DNA from: Desulfobacterales bacterium
Lineage (GTDB): Bacteria; Desulfobacterota; Desulfobacteria; Desulfobacterales; SpSt-501
Length of the DNA: 64,000 bases
Assembly (NCBI GenBank): GCA_037481615.1
Contig: JBBFLI010000023.1
Reading direction: 5' to 3' (one strand)
Shown: positions 19,029-28,007 of the stretch, piece by piece
Layout of the letters: each line of letters opens with the position of its first letter
How positions within the stretch are numbered: position 1 is the stretch's first letter
The notes under the pieces: model-generated
The model's database searches: none
Told to the model about the DNA's origin: nothing
Seen by the model: the letters and a program-made list of their open reading frames with translations, nothing else
Program-made: the position numbers and the translations under genes

Positions 19029-19943
19029 ATGCGCATCGTCACCCGAGCCGACTTCGACGGCGTCGTCTGCGCCGCGCTCCTCGGCGACGCCCTCGATCGG
19101 ACCGAAACGATCGCCTGGCTCGAGCCCGAGGAACTCTCGGCCGATCCGCCGCGCGTGCAGCCGGGCGACGTCATCGCCAACCTTCCCTGGCACCCGGCCG
19201 GCAGCCTGTGGTTCGACCACCACGCCACCAACCGCATCGAGCCCCCTCCGCCGGGCCTCTTCCGCCTGAGCCCCTCGGCGGCGCGCAACGTCTACGACCA
19301 TTTCGCCGGCCGCTTTACCCGGGATTACGCGGAGCTCGTCTTCTGGGCCGACCGGATCGATGCGGCCGATCTCTCCTGCGAGGAGATCCTCGACCCCGGC
19401 AGCTGTTTCCCGCTGCTTCTTTCCCTCACCCTCGCCCCCGAGCGGGGGAGGCGGGAGGCTTACTGGAATCACCTCGTGCGGCTGCTCCGCGAGGGGGGCC
19501 TTTCCCGGGCGGCGGCCGACCCGCTCGTCGGGGAGGCCTGCCGCGAGGTGCTCGCGGCGCATCGCGAATACGAGAGGCAACTTCGCGCCTGCACGCGGCG
19601 GGTGGGCCGGGTGGCGGTGAGCGATTTCCGGGAGAGCGGCCCGCCGGTGGCCGGAAACCGCTTTCTCGTCTATTGCCTCTACCCGGAAACGGTCGTCAGC
19701 CTGCGCATGCGCTGGGCCGATGAGGGGCGATCGCTCGTCTCCCTGCACGTCGGCCACAGCATCGTCCACCGCGGCTGTACCGTTCACGCCGGGCGGCTGC
19801 TGGCGCGCTTCGGCGGGGGGGGGCACCGCGCGGCGGCCTCGGTCAGGATTCCCGCGGCACGGGCCGAGGAGGTGATCGCCGCCGTGCTCGCGGCGCTGGT
19901 GCGGGAGGCCGAGGCCGGGGATTCCCCGGCCTCGGGGGGCTGA
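19029..19943 (+). CDS. DHH-family phosphoesterase (nanoRNase/exopolyphosphatase-like)
   Basis: RADFDGVVCAALL, WFDHH, PSAAR, GGGGHRAAAS. Confidence 0.85.
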   Translation: MRIVTRADFDGVVCAALLGDALDRTETIAWLEPEELSADPPRVQPGDVIANLPWHPAGSLWFDHHATNRIEPPPPGLFRLSPSAARNVYDHFAGRFTRDYAELVFWADRIDAADLSCEEILDPGSCFPLLLSLTLAPERGRREAYWNHLVRLLREGGLSRAAADPLVGEACREVLAAHREYERQLRACTRRVGRVAVSDFRESGPPVAGNRFLVYCLYPETVVSLRMRWADEGRSLVSLHVGHSIVHRGCTVHAGRLLARFGGGGHRAAASVRIPAARAEEVIAAVLAALVREAEAGDSPASGG

Positions 19944-19988
19944 AGCGCATCGGGGATTCTCCGGCCCCCGCGCGCCGGTCGCGGCTCT

Positions 19989-20543
19989 TCAGTAGACGAG
20001 CCCGGAGGAGGCTTCGGGATAGGGCGGCGGCGGGGGCGGGCCCGCCGCGCCCGGGCGGTAAGGCGGGGGCGGCGGCAGGCGGCTTGCCCGCGGCGCGGGC
20101 CGCTCGGCGGCCGCCGGGACCCGGTTGCCCTTCGCGTACATGCACTGCTGGTAGGCCTGGTCGTAGCGGCGTTGGACCTCCCAGCCGGCGGCGAAGGCCC
20201 GGTCGTGGGCCATCGCCGAGCCGGCGAGCAGGCCGGCGCCCGCGCCGATTGCGGCTCCGGTCGCGGCGTTCCCCGAGGCGGCCCCGATCAGAGCACCCGC
20301 GGCCGCGCCCAGAGCCCCTCCGGCCACGGCGCCGGCGGCGAGATTCTCGTTCACCGTCTCGTTCGCCCGCCAGCCGGAACGGTTTTCCGCCCACTGCCGG
20401 CAGACGGCGTCGTCGTTCTGGAAGGCCTCGAAGCTCTTGCCGCTCCCCGGCATTACGAGAACGCTCGGCCCGGGCGGGAGGGTCGCGCATCCCACCGCCC
20501 ACCAGGCCGCAAACGCCGCCAGGACCCCGTTGCGCACGCTCAT
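19989..20543 (-). CDS. Glycine-zipper lipoprotein
   Basis: Lipobox-like AVGC; GKSFEAFQNDDAVCRQWA; Gly-zipper repeats; QRRYDQAYQQCMYAKGN; Pro-rich tail. Confidence 0.85.
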   Translation of the reverse strand: MSVRNGVLAAFAAWWAVGCATLPPGPSVLVMPGSGKSFEAFQNDDAVCRQWAENRSGWRANETVNENLAAGAVAGGALGAAAGALIGAASGNAATGAAIGAGAGLLAGSAMAHDRAFAAGWEVQRRYDQAYQQCMYAKGNRVPAAAERPAPRASRLPPPPPYRPGAAGPPPPPPYPEASSGLVY

Positions 20544-20559
20544 CGGTCACTCCGCAGGT

Positions 20560-20907
20560 TCACCAGCCGGGGGGAACCGTGTCCGGGACGACCCGCATCC
20601 AGCCCCCCGGGCAGGAGCGGACATAGGGGTAAAAGCCCCGCGGGTTTTCACAGTAGAACCAGTAGTCCTCGTCGCTCCGGCCGCGCTCGACGTACCCCGT
20701 GGGCGGGGAAGCGTAGAACCGGGGCGGCGGGGCGACCCACACCGGCGGCGGGGCGACCCACACCGGCGGCGGCGCCCACACCGCGGCCGGGCCGAACCAG
20801 AAGCCCAGGTGGACATAGGTGCGGGTGCGGTGACCCGCGTGCCCGACCCACGGCAGAGCGAGCAGCAGCAGAAGCAGGGCGGCAAAGAAGACCAGCGGTC
20901 GTTTCAT
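20560..20907 (-). CDS. Small secreted proline/aromatic-rich hypothetical protein
   Basis: SD ggagg, then MKRPLVFFAALLLLLL signal; repeated PPPVWVA; C-terminal YWFYCENPRGFYPYVRSCPGGWMRV. Confidence 0.75.
   Translation of the reverse strand: MKRPLVFFAALLLLLLALPWVGHAGHRTRTYVHLGFWFGPAAVWAPPPVWVAPPPVWVAPPPRFYASPPTGYVERGRSDEDYWFYCENPRGFYPYVRSCPGGWMRVVPDTVPPGW
20723..20782. repeat. Intragenic 21-bp tandem repeat (2 exact copies plus 1 shortened copy)
   Basis: ggcggcggggcgacccacacc at 20723-20743 and 20744-20764, then an 18-bp variant; encodes VWVAPPP units on the minus strand. Confidence 0.85.
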
Positions 20908-20992
20908 CGGTTCCTCCGCCTGATCCCGGCGATCGAGTCCCTCGACTCTACCCCGGTTAGACGAAGGAGCCGCGCCCGGGTTTACCCCGGCT

Positions 20993-22315
20993 TCAGACCG
21001 GCTGGAAGGCCGAGGCGGGGAAGAAACAGACCGGGCACTCCGCGGGCGGCTCTTCACCGGTGTGCACGTGGCCGCAGATGCGGCAGCGCCAGGCCCGGCG
21101 CGCCGCCGGTGCGCCGGCGGCCTCCTCCCGCCCCTCGAGGGCGAGCCCCTCGAGAGGGGGCATGACCGGCCGGTAGGCCTCGAGCACGTGCCCGGCGAGG
21201 ATGTGGCGTTGGATTTCGCTCGTTCCCTCGTAGATGCGAAAGAGGCGGCAGTCGCGCAGGATCTTCTCCACCGGGAAGAGTGTCGTGTACCCGTAGCCGC
21301 CGAAGATCTGCAGCGCCTCGTCGGCGACCTGGAAGGCGGCCTCGCTCGCGTAGAGCTTCGCGATCGAGGCCGCGATCGTCGGGTCGCCCCCCCGGTCGGC
21401 CTCCCAGGCCGCCCTCCAGACGAGGAGCCTCGCCGTTTCCACCTTCTGGAACATGTCGGCGAGCTTGTGCTGGATCGCCTGGAAGCGGGCGATGGGCGTC
21501 CCGAAGGCCTGGCGCCGCCGGGCGTAGTCGGCGGCGAACTCCATCGCCGAGCGCGCCGCGCCCACGGCGAAGGCGCCGATCGCCGGCCGCGTGCGGGCGA
21601 AGGTCTTCATCGCCAGCGCGAAGCCTTGGCCGGGCGGGGCGAGCACGTTTTCGGCCGGGACCCGAACCTCTCGGAAGTGCACCCCCGCCGTGTTCGAGCC
21701 CCGCTGGCCGAGCTTGGGGATGGGCCGGCCGACGCGCACCCCGGGTTGCGTGCGCTCGACGAGGAAGGCGCAGATCCCCTCGTGGCGGCTCTTGGGGTCG
21801 ACGGTCGCGAAGATCGAGAAGTAGTCGGCGATCCCGCCGTTGGTCACCCAGAACTTGGTGCCGTTCAGCACCCAGCCGTCCCCGTCGCGGCGGGCCAGGC
21901 AGCGGATGCCGGCGACATCGGAGCCGAGCGTCGGCTCCGAGGTGGCGAAGGCGATCAGCTTGAAGCCGGAAAGGAGCTCCGCGAAGACGCGGCGCTTGAG
22001 GGGCTCGTTCGCGCACAGCCGCAGCGGCTCCATACCGAGGGAGTTGTCGAAGATCGAGGTCGCCAGCCCCGCGCAGGCGGCGGCGAGTTCCTCGGTGATG
22101 AGGACGTTTTCGAGCAGCCCCAGGCCCTGCCCGCCGTATTCGCGGGGGATGTCGGCATTCATCAGGCCGGCCTCGCGCGCCCGGCGCAGCAGCCCGAGGG
22201 GGGTTTCCCCGAGGCGGTCGTATTTCCAGGCGACGGGCAGGATTTCCTGCAGCGCGAATTCGCGGGCTCTGCGGCGCAGTTCTTCCTGGGCGGGGCTCAG
22301 ACGGAAATCGAGCAT
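20993..22315 (-). CDS. Acyl-CoA dehydrogenase with C-terminal rubredoxin-like domain
   Basis: AFATSEPTLGSD, NGTKFWVTNG, KLGQRGS, LQIFGGYGY, IYEGTSEIQR; tail WRCRICGHVH..PPAECPVC..F. Confidence 0.92.
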   Translation of the reverse strand: MLDFRLSPAQEELRRRAREFALQEILPVAWKYDRLGETPLGLLRRAREAGLMNADIPREYGGQGLGLLENVLITEELAAACAGLATSIFDNSLGMEPLRLCANEPLKRRVFAELLSGFKLIAFATSEPTLGSDVAGIRCLARRDGDGWVLNGTKFWVTNGGIADYFSIFATVDPKSRHEGICAFLVERTQPGVRVGRPIPKLGQRGSNTAGVHFREVRVPAENVLAPPGQGFALAMKTFARTRPAIGAFAVGAARSAMEFAADYARRRQAFGTPIARFQAIQHKLADMFQKVETARLLVWRAAWEADRGGDPTIAASIAKLYASEAAFQVADEALQIFGGYGYTTLFPVEKILRDCRLFRIYEGTSEIQRHILAGHVLEAYRPVMPPLEGLALEGREEAAGAPAARRAWRCRICGHVHTGEEPPAECPVCFFPASAFQPV

Positions 22316-22465
22316 GGCGGCCTCCGGGAAAAGGGGATGGCGCCTTTATATCGGAGCGGGTCCCCGGCGGCAAGCCGGCCGGAGGGCGTTGGACAGAGGG
22401 GGGGTCCCGTGCTATCCCCCCTTGGCCCGCCATGAACCGCAAGACAGCCGGGGGGGCCCGCACGG

Positions 22466-23335
22466 ATGATCACGATCAAGCTCCTGCTCACCGCCCTCTT
22501 CTGGGGGGGGACCTTCGTCGCCGGCAGGATCCTCGCCGCCGAGGTCGGACCCTTCAGCGGCGCTTTCCTCCGCTTTCTCGTCGCCGGCTCCTCGCTCGCC
22601 CTGGTCCTCGGCCTGCGCGAGGGGCTCCGGCCGCCCGGCGGACCGAAGGCCCTGCGCCAGGTGCTCCTCCTGGGCCTGACGGGCGTCTTTCTCTACAACG
22701 TCTTCTTCCTCCTCGGGCTCAAGCGGATCGAGGCCGGACGCGCCGCGGTGCTCATCGCCAACAACCCGATCGGCATCGCCCTCGGCGCGGCCCTCTTCTT
22801 CGGCGAGCGCCTGAACGCCGGCAAGATCGCCGGGATCCTGATCTCGGTGCTGGGGGCCGTGACCGTGATCACCCGGGGGGATCTCCTCGCCGGCCTGCGC
22901 GGCGGCTTCGGGGCGGGCGAGGCGAGCATTCTGCTGTGTGTGGCCTCCTGGGTCGCCTATTCGCTTCTGGGCAAGCAGGCGATGGGGACGCTTTCGCCCC
23001 TGGCGGCCGTCACCTGGAGTTCGATCGCGGGGGCGCTCGCCCTTCTGCCCTTCGCCGTGGCCGAGGGGGTGCACGCCGCGGCCGGTTATTCCCCGGCCGC
23101 CTGGGGCTGCATCGTCTACCTCGGCCTCTGCGGAACCACGATCGGCTTTCTCTGGTACTACGAGGGCATCCTGCGGATCGGGCCGGTGCGCGCCGGTCTC
23201 TTCATCAACTTCGTCCCGGTGTTCGCCGTTCTGCTGGCCGCCGTTTTTCTCGCCGAGCCGATCACCCCCTCGCTGCTCGCCGGGGCGGTCCTGGTCACGG
23301 CCGGGGTCCTGCTCACCACCCACGCCTCGCGCTGA
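22466..23335 (+). CDS. DMT/EamA-family transporter
   Basis: FWGGTFVAG, two EamA repeats, FINFVPVFAVLLA..LAE. Confidence 0.92.
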   Translation: MITIKLLLTALFWGGTFVAGRILAAEVGPFSGAFLRFLVAGSSLALVLGLREGLRPPGGPKALRQVLLLGLTGVFLYNVFFLLGLKRIEAGRAAVLIANNPIGIALGAALFFGERLNAGKIAGILISVLGAVTVITRGDLLAGLRGGFGAGEASILLCVASWVAYSLLGKQAMGTLSPLAAVTWSSIAGALALLPFAVAEGVHAAAGYSPAAWGCIVYLGLCGTTIGFLWYYEGILRIGPVRAGLFINFVPVFAVLLAAVFLAEPITPSLLAGAVLVTAGVLLTTHASR

Positions 23336-23417
23336 GTCAACCCGCAAGGGTTGCGTCCCCGCGAAAGCGAATTTACTATGGACCCTGATCCCCTCGGATC
23401 GAAGGGAGGACCATGCG

Positions 23418-23798
23418 ATGTCGTTGCAGGACTATTTCGAGGAGACCAAGGGAACCGGCGTGCTTGCCACCGCCGACGGCACGGGCCGGGTCGACGCCGC
23501 GATCTACGCCCGGCCGCATGTGATGCCCGACGGCACCCTCGCCTTCATCATGCGCGACCGGCTCACCCACCACAACCTGCAGTCCAACCCCTACGCGACC
23601 TTTCTCTTCATCGAGCGCACCACCGGCTACCAGGGAAAGCGGCTCTTCCTCAAAAAAGTCCGCGAAGAGCAGAACCCCGAGCTGATCCGGCAGATCAAGC
23701 GCCGCACCTACGCCGACGAGGACGGCGAGCCGAAATTCCTGGTCTACTTCGCGGTCGAAAAGGAGCTGCCCCTGATCGGCGGGGGGGACCGCCCGTGA
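23418..23798 (+). CDS. Pyridoxamine 5'-phosphate oxidase-like (split-barrel flavin-binding) protein
   Basis: SD ggagga; GVLATADGTGRVDAAIYARPH, THHNLQSNPYA, YQGKRL. Confidence 0.85.
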   Translation: MSLQDYFEETKGTGVLATADGTGRVDAAIYARPHVMPDGTLAFIMRDRLTHHNLQSNPYATFLFIERTTGYQGKRLFLKKVREEQNPELIRQIKRRTYADEDGEPKFLVYFAVEKELPLIGGGDRP

Positions 23799-24274
23799 GC
23801 CGCCCCGCGGCCTCCCCGGCCGGGGGTGATCCCGCCGAGGCCCGCGAGGTTCTCCGGCGGCTGCTCGCCGCGGAGCGCTTCGCCGTCCTCGCCACCGAAC
23901 GGGAGGGCCAGCCCTATGCGAATCTCGTGGCCTTCGCCCCGGGGGAGAGCCTCGCGACCCTCTTCTTCCTCACCCCGCGCTCGACCCGCAAGTACGAGAA
24001 CCTGAAGAGCAACCCGCGCGTGGCGCTTCTCGTCGCCGACAGCCGGAACCGCGCCGCGGACCTCGCCGTCGCCTCGGCCGCGACCGGGATCGGCGAGGCC
24101 CGGGAGCTTGCGGGGGAGGGCCGCTCCGAGGCGGTCGCGCGGTTCCTCGCCCGGCACCCCGCGCTCGAAGACTTCGCGCAGGCGCCCACCTGCGCCGTCT
24201 TCGCCGTCGGCATCCGGCGGTACATCCTCGTGCGCCGCTTCCAGGAAGTCACGGAAATCGCCATCGAGCCATGA
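23795..24274 (+). CDS. PNPOx-like split-barrel protein
   Basis: GTGA overlap; FAVLATEREGQPYANLVAF, TRKYENLKSNPRVALL. Confidence 0.85.
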   Translation: MSRPAASPAGGDPAEAREVLRRLLAAERFAVLATEREGQPYANLVAFAPGESLATLFFLTPRSTRKYENLKSNPRVALLVADSRNRAADLAVASAATGIGEARELAGEGRSEAVARFLARHPALEDFAQAPTCAVFAVGIRRYILVRRFQEVTEIAIEP

Positions 24275-26484
24275 GGGGGCTTCTTGCGCCGCAGGCGATC
24301 GGGCCGCAGGATCGGCCCCGGGTGGGGGGCAAGGCGCTTCGCCTGGCGGGGCTCAGGCGCGCCGGTTTCCGCGTGCCCGATTTCCTCTGCCTTCCGGCCG
24401 AGGCCTACCGCCGGTTTTGCGCCTTCCGCGGGCTCTCCGAACGCATCGGCCTCGAGCTGGCGCGCAAGGACTTCGCCGAGATGCGCTGGGAGGAGCTCTG
24501 GGATTGCGCGACACGGATCCGCAGCCTCTTCCTGCGCCACCCTTTCCCCCCGGAACTCGAGGCCGGGCTCCGCGAGGGGCTCGCGCGCCGTTTCGGCGAC
24601 GGGCCGGTCGCGGTGCGTTCCTCGGCGCTCGAGGAGGATACGGCGGGGGCCTCCTTCGCCGGCCTGCACGCCTCCTTCGTGCAAGTCTCCGGTGTCGACG
24701 CGACGCTCGAGCGGATCCGGCTCGTCTGGGCTTCCCTCTGGTCGGACGCCGCGCTCCTCTACCGCCGCGAACTCGGCCTCGACCCGGAAAGGAGCGCCAT
24801 GGCCGTCATCGTCCAGGAGATGGCGGTCGGCGAGGTCTCGGGGGTCTGCTTCTCCCGGAACCCCGCCGCCCCCGGCCAGGCGGTAGTCGAGGCGGCCTGG
24901 GGCCTGAACGAGGCCGTGGTCGACGGGTCGGTCGCCCCCGACCGCTGGCTCGTCGACCGCACGCCGCCGCGGATCCTGGAACATCAGCCCCCGCCGCAGC
25001 GCCGCCGGCGCCTGGTGGCCGCCCCGGAAGGGGCGCGCTTCGAGGATCTTCCCGCGGCGCTGGCGGGCACCCCGCCGCTCTCCCCGACGGAGGTGCTCGC
25101 GGTGGTGGAGCTCGCGCGGCGGGCCGAGGAGCATTTCGGCGAACCCCAGGACATCGAGTGGACCCGCCGCGGGCGGGAGCTTTTGCTCCTGCAGTCGCGG
25201 CCGACCACGGCACGCCGCGGCGGCGAGGGGGAGGATGCCCGCTCGTGGTACCTGGGGCTGCGCCGCAGCTTCGAGAACCTGAAGCGGCTGCGGGCGGAGA
25301 TCGAGGGGCGGAGGATCCCGGAGGCCGAACGCACCGCGGCCGAGCTCGCCGCCGTCGACCTTGCGCGGCTGTCGGATGCGGAACTCGTCGCCGAGATCGA
25401 GCGGCGGCGGGCGATCCGTCGCCGCTGGCAGGAGATCTACGACGCCGAGTTCATCCCCTTCGCCCACGGGATGCGCCTCTTCGGCGAGGTCTACAACGAG
25501 CGGCTCAAACCCGGGGACCCTTACGAATTCACATCCCTGCTGCGAAAGGGGGGGCTGCTGAGTCTCGAGCGGAACCGGGCGCTGGCCCGGCTGGCCGCGG
25601 CGGTGCGCGAGCGCCCGGAACTCGCCTGCTGCCTCGACGCCGGCGACTGCGCCGAAGCCGCAGCCGACTTCCAGCGGGAACTCGAGGCCTTTCTGCGGCG
25701 CTTCGGCGATTTCACCTGCGAGCTGGGCGGCCGGGCGCTCTGCGCGGGCGCGCTCCAGCCGCTTGCCCGCCTTCTGCGCGAGATGGCCCGGCGGCCGGCG
25801 GCGGCGCCCCGCCCCGAGGCGGCCGACGCCTCCCGCCTCGAGGAGGCGTTCCTCGCCTCTTTTCCGCCGGAGCGGCGCGGGGAGGCGGCCGAACTCCTCG
25901 ATCTCGCCCGGGCGAGCTGGCGCCTGCGCGACGACGACAACCTGCATGTGGGGCGGATCGAGGCCCGCCTGCGGGAGGCCGAGGCCGAAGGCCGGCGCCG
26001 GCTCGCCGCGGGGGCCGGGGAAGCGGCGGCCCTCGAGCGGGTGCTCGCGGCGGCGGCGGCGCCCGCGCCCCCGGCCGAGGCCGGCGAAGAGGAGGGAGAC
26101 CCTTCCATCCGGCCGCGCCAGCTCCGGGGGCAGCCCGCCGGGCCGGGCTTCGCCCGCGGCCCGGCGCGGGTGATCCGCTCCCCCGACGACCTCGAGCGCT
26201 TCACCGCAGGCGAGGTGCTCGTCTGCGACGCCGTCGACCCGCGGATGACGCACGTCGTCCCGCTTGCCGCCGCGATCGTCGAGCGCCGGGGGGGGATGCT
26301 GATCCACGGGGCGATCATCGCCCGCGAGTACGGCATCCCCTGCGTCACCGGGGTCCCCGAGGCGGTGCGCCGGATCCGCACGGGGGACGCGCTCGCTGTC
26401 GACGGCTATCTCGGCATCGTGACCGTGGGCGGAGGGGAGCTCTGCGGGGGCGATCCGCCCGGCGGGGGTTGCAGCTCGGCGTAG
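24271..26484 (+). CDS. PEP-synthase/dikinase-family phosphotransferase (ATP-grasp N-terminus, phospho-His domain at C-terminus; rifampin-phosphotransferase-like order)
   Basis: VGGKA, VAVRSSALEED..SFAG, MAVIVQEM, PQDIEW..LLQSRP; C-terminal GGMLIHGAIIAREYGIPCV; ATGA overlap with the upstream gene. Confidence 0.88.
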   Translation: MRGLLAPQAIGPQDRPRVGGKALRLAGLRRAGFRVPDFLCLPAEAYRRFCAFRGLSERIGLELARKDFAEMRWEELWDCATRIRSLFLRHPFPPELEAGLREGLARRFGDGPVAVRSSALEEDTAGASFAGLHASFVQVSGVDATLERIRLVWASLWSDAALLYRRELGLDPERSAMAVIVQEMAVGEVSGVCFSRNPAAPGQAVVEAAWGLNEAVVDGSVAPDRWLVDRTPPRILEHQPPPQRRRRLVAAPEGARFEDLPAALAGTPPLSPTEVLAVVELARRAEEHFGEPQDIEWTRRGRELLLLQSRPTTARRGGEGEDARSWYLGLRRSFENLKRLRAEIEGRRIPEAERTAAELAAVDLARLSDAELVAEIERRRAIRRRWQEIYDAEFIPFAHGMRLFGEVYNERLKPGDPYEFTSLLRKGGLLSLERNRALARLAAAVRERPELACCLDAGDCAEAAADFQRELEAFLRRFGDFTCELGGRALCAGALQPLARLLREMARRPAAAPRPEAADASRLEEAFLASFPPERRGEAAELLDLARASWRLRDDDNLHVGRIEARLREAEAEGRRRLAAGAGEAAALERVLAAAAAPAPPAEAGEEEGDPSIRPRQLRGQPAGPGFARGPARVIRSPDDLERFTAGEVLVCDAVDPRMTHVVPLAAAIVERRGGMLIHGAIIAREYGIPCVTGVPEAVRRIRTGDALAVDGYLGIVTVGGGELCGGDPPGGGCSSA

Positions 26485-26894
26485 TGCGCCTCGTGCACCC
26501 CCTTGAGCAGCAGAAGCCGCTGCGGGCGGACGGCGAGGACCGCCGTCTCGGGGGAGGCGAGGAGGGAGGCGAGGTGGGGATGGGCGGCGGCGAGCAGCCG
26601 GCAGGCCGCCGCGCGCTGCTCCGCCTCCTCGATCACGCGGCATTCCCCCTCGATCGTGAGGGCGAGCGCCTCCTCGCGGGGGCGGGTCTCGCGGGTGTCG
26701 ATCAGCAGACTCACGGCGGGGTTGGCGAGAAGGTTGCGGTACTTTCGCGTCGCGCGCAGGGTGGCGAGGTAGAGCTCGCTGCCTTCCGGGTCCGGCGCGT
26801 AGGCCATGAGCGAGCAGTACGGCCGGTCGCCCTCGACGGTCGCGAGCACGCAGAGGTCGCGTTCCCGGATCAGCCGGGTCATCTCCGCGAGCAT
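26406..26894 (-). CDS. PNPOx-like split-barrel protein
   Basis: CVLATVEGDRPYCSLMAY, TRKYRNLLANPAVSLLIDTR; SD aggaagggg. Confidence 0.85.
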   Translation of the reverse strand: MLAEMTRLIRERDLCVLATVEGDRPYCSLMAYAPDPEGSELYLATLRATRKYRNLLANPAVSLLIDTRETRPREEALALTIEGECRVIEEAEQRAAACRLLAAAHPHLASLLASPETAVLAVRPQRLLLLKGVHEAHYAELQPPPGGSPPQSSPPPTVTMPR

Positions 26895-27037
26895 GTCCCC
26901 TTCCTCCTGGCTCCCCGGGGGATTTCGGCGGGACGGCCCCCCGTCGATGTCCTTGCGACGGCGAATATGATATCAGAAAGGGCCGGGCGGCGGAATCCCC
27001 CCGCCGCCTGCGGCCAAGCCCGGCGGAGGAATACGCC

Positions 27038-27988
27038 ATGGACGAACGCATCCGCATCGGCATCAGCGCCTGTCTTCTCGGCCAGCCGGTCCGCTACGAC
27101 GGCAGCCACAAGCACGACCGCTACATCACCGGGACCCTCGGCGAGTACTTCGAGTTCGTCCCGGTCTGCCCCGAGGTCGAGGCGGGCTTCCCCATCCCGC
27201 GCGAGAGCCTGCGCCTGGTCGGCGACCCGGCAAACCCGCGCGTCGTGACCACCCGCAGCGGCGTCGACCACACGGAACGCATGAAACGCTGGGCCGAGCG
27301 CCGCGTGCGCGAGCTCGAGAGCGAAAACCTCTGCGGTTTCATCTTCAAGAGCGACTCCCCGAGCAGCGGGCTGCTGCGCGTCAAGGTCTACAACGAGAAG
27401 GGGATGCCCGAGAAGAAGGGGGTGGGCATCTTCGCCGCCGCCTTCACGCGCCACTTCCCCCTGCTGCCGGTCGAGGAGGAGGGCCGCCTGAACGACCCCA
27501 AGCTGCGCGAGATGTTCATCGAGCAGATCTTCACCCTGAAACGCTGGCGCGAAACGCTGGCCCTGCCGAAGCGCCTGTCGAACCTCGTCGATTTCCACAC
27601 CCGCCACAAGCTCCTCATCCTCTCCCACAGCCCCGCCGTCGCCCGCGCCATGGGCAAACTCGTCGCTGAAGGCAAGCGTCAGCCTCCCGCCGAGCTCTAC
27701 CGCGACTACGAAAAGCTCCTCATGGAGGCGCTGCGCACGCGGACGACGGTGCGCAAGAACCTGAACGTGCTGCAGCACATCCTCGGCTACTTCAAGCGCC
27801 AGCTCACGGCCGACGAGAAGCAGGAGCTGCTCGAGGTCTTCGACCGCTACCGCCGCGAGTACCTGCCGCTGATCGTCCCGGTGACGCTCCTCAACCATTA
27901 CGTGCGCAAGTACGACCAGCCCTACCTCCGGGACCAGGTCTACCTCAACCCGCACCCGATCGCCCTCAAACTGCGAAACCACGCCTGA
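27038..27988 (+). CDS. DUF523(TudS)-DUF1722 fusion, YbgA/RudS-like thiouridine desulfidase family
   Basis: IGISACLLGQPVRYDG, PVCPEVE, KSDSPSSG, PVEEEGRL, FHTRHKLLILSHS, NVLQHILGYFK, YLRDQVYLNPHP. Confidence 0.9.
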   Translation: MDERIRIGISACLLGQPVRYDGSHKHDRYITGTLGEYFEFVPVCPEVEAGFPIPRESLRLVGDPANPRVVTTRSGVDHTERMKRWAERRVRELESENLCGFIFKSDSPSSGLLRVKVYNEKGMPEKKGVGIFAAAFTRHFPLLPVEEEGRLNDPKLREMFIEQIFTLKRWRETLALPKRLSNLVDFHTRHKLLILSHSPAVARAMGKLVAEGKRQPPAELYRDYEKLLMEALRTRTTVRKNLNVLQHILGYFKRQLTADEKQELLEVFDRYRREYLPLIVPVTLLNHYVRKYDQPYLRDQVYLNPHPIALKLRNHA

Positions 27989-28007
27989 CGGGAGGAACCT
28001 CGCGCCC

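Noticed and set aside
20723-20782. Direct repeats as a CRISPR array
   Set aside because: Tandem with no spacers, in-frame inside a CDS, and no cas genes.
24271-26484. Calling this gene ppsA or a rifampin resistance gene
   Set aside because: It lacks the pyruvate-binding barrel of PpsA, and the rifampin-binding domain cannot be confirmed by eye.
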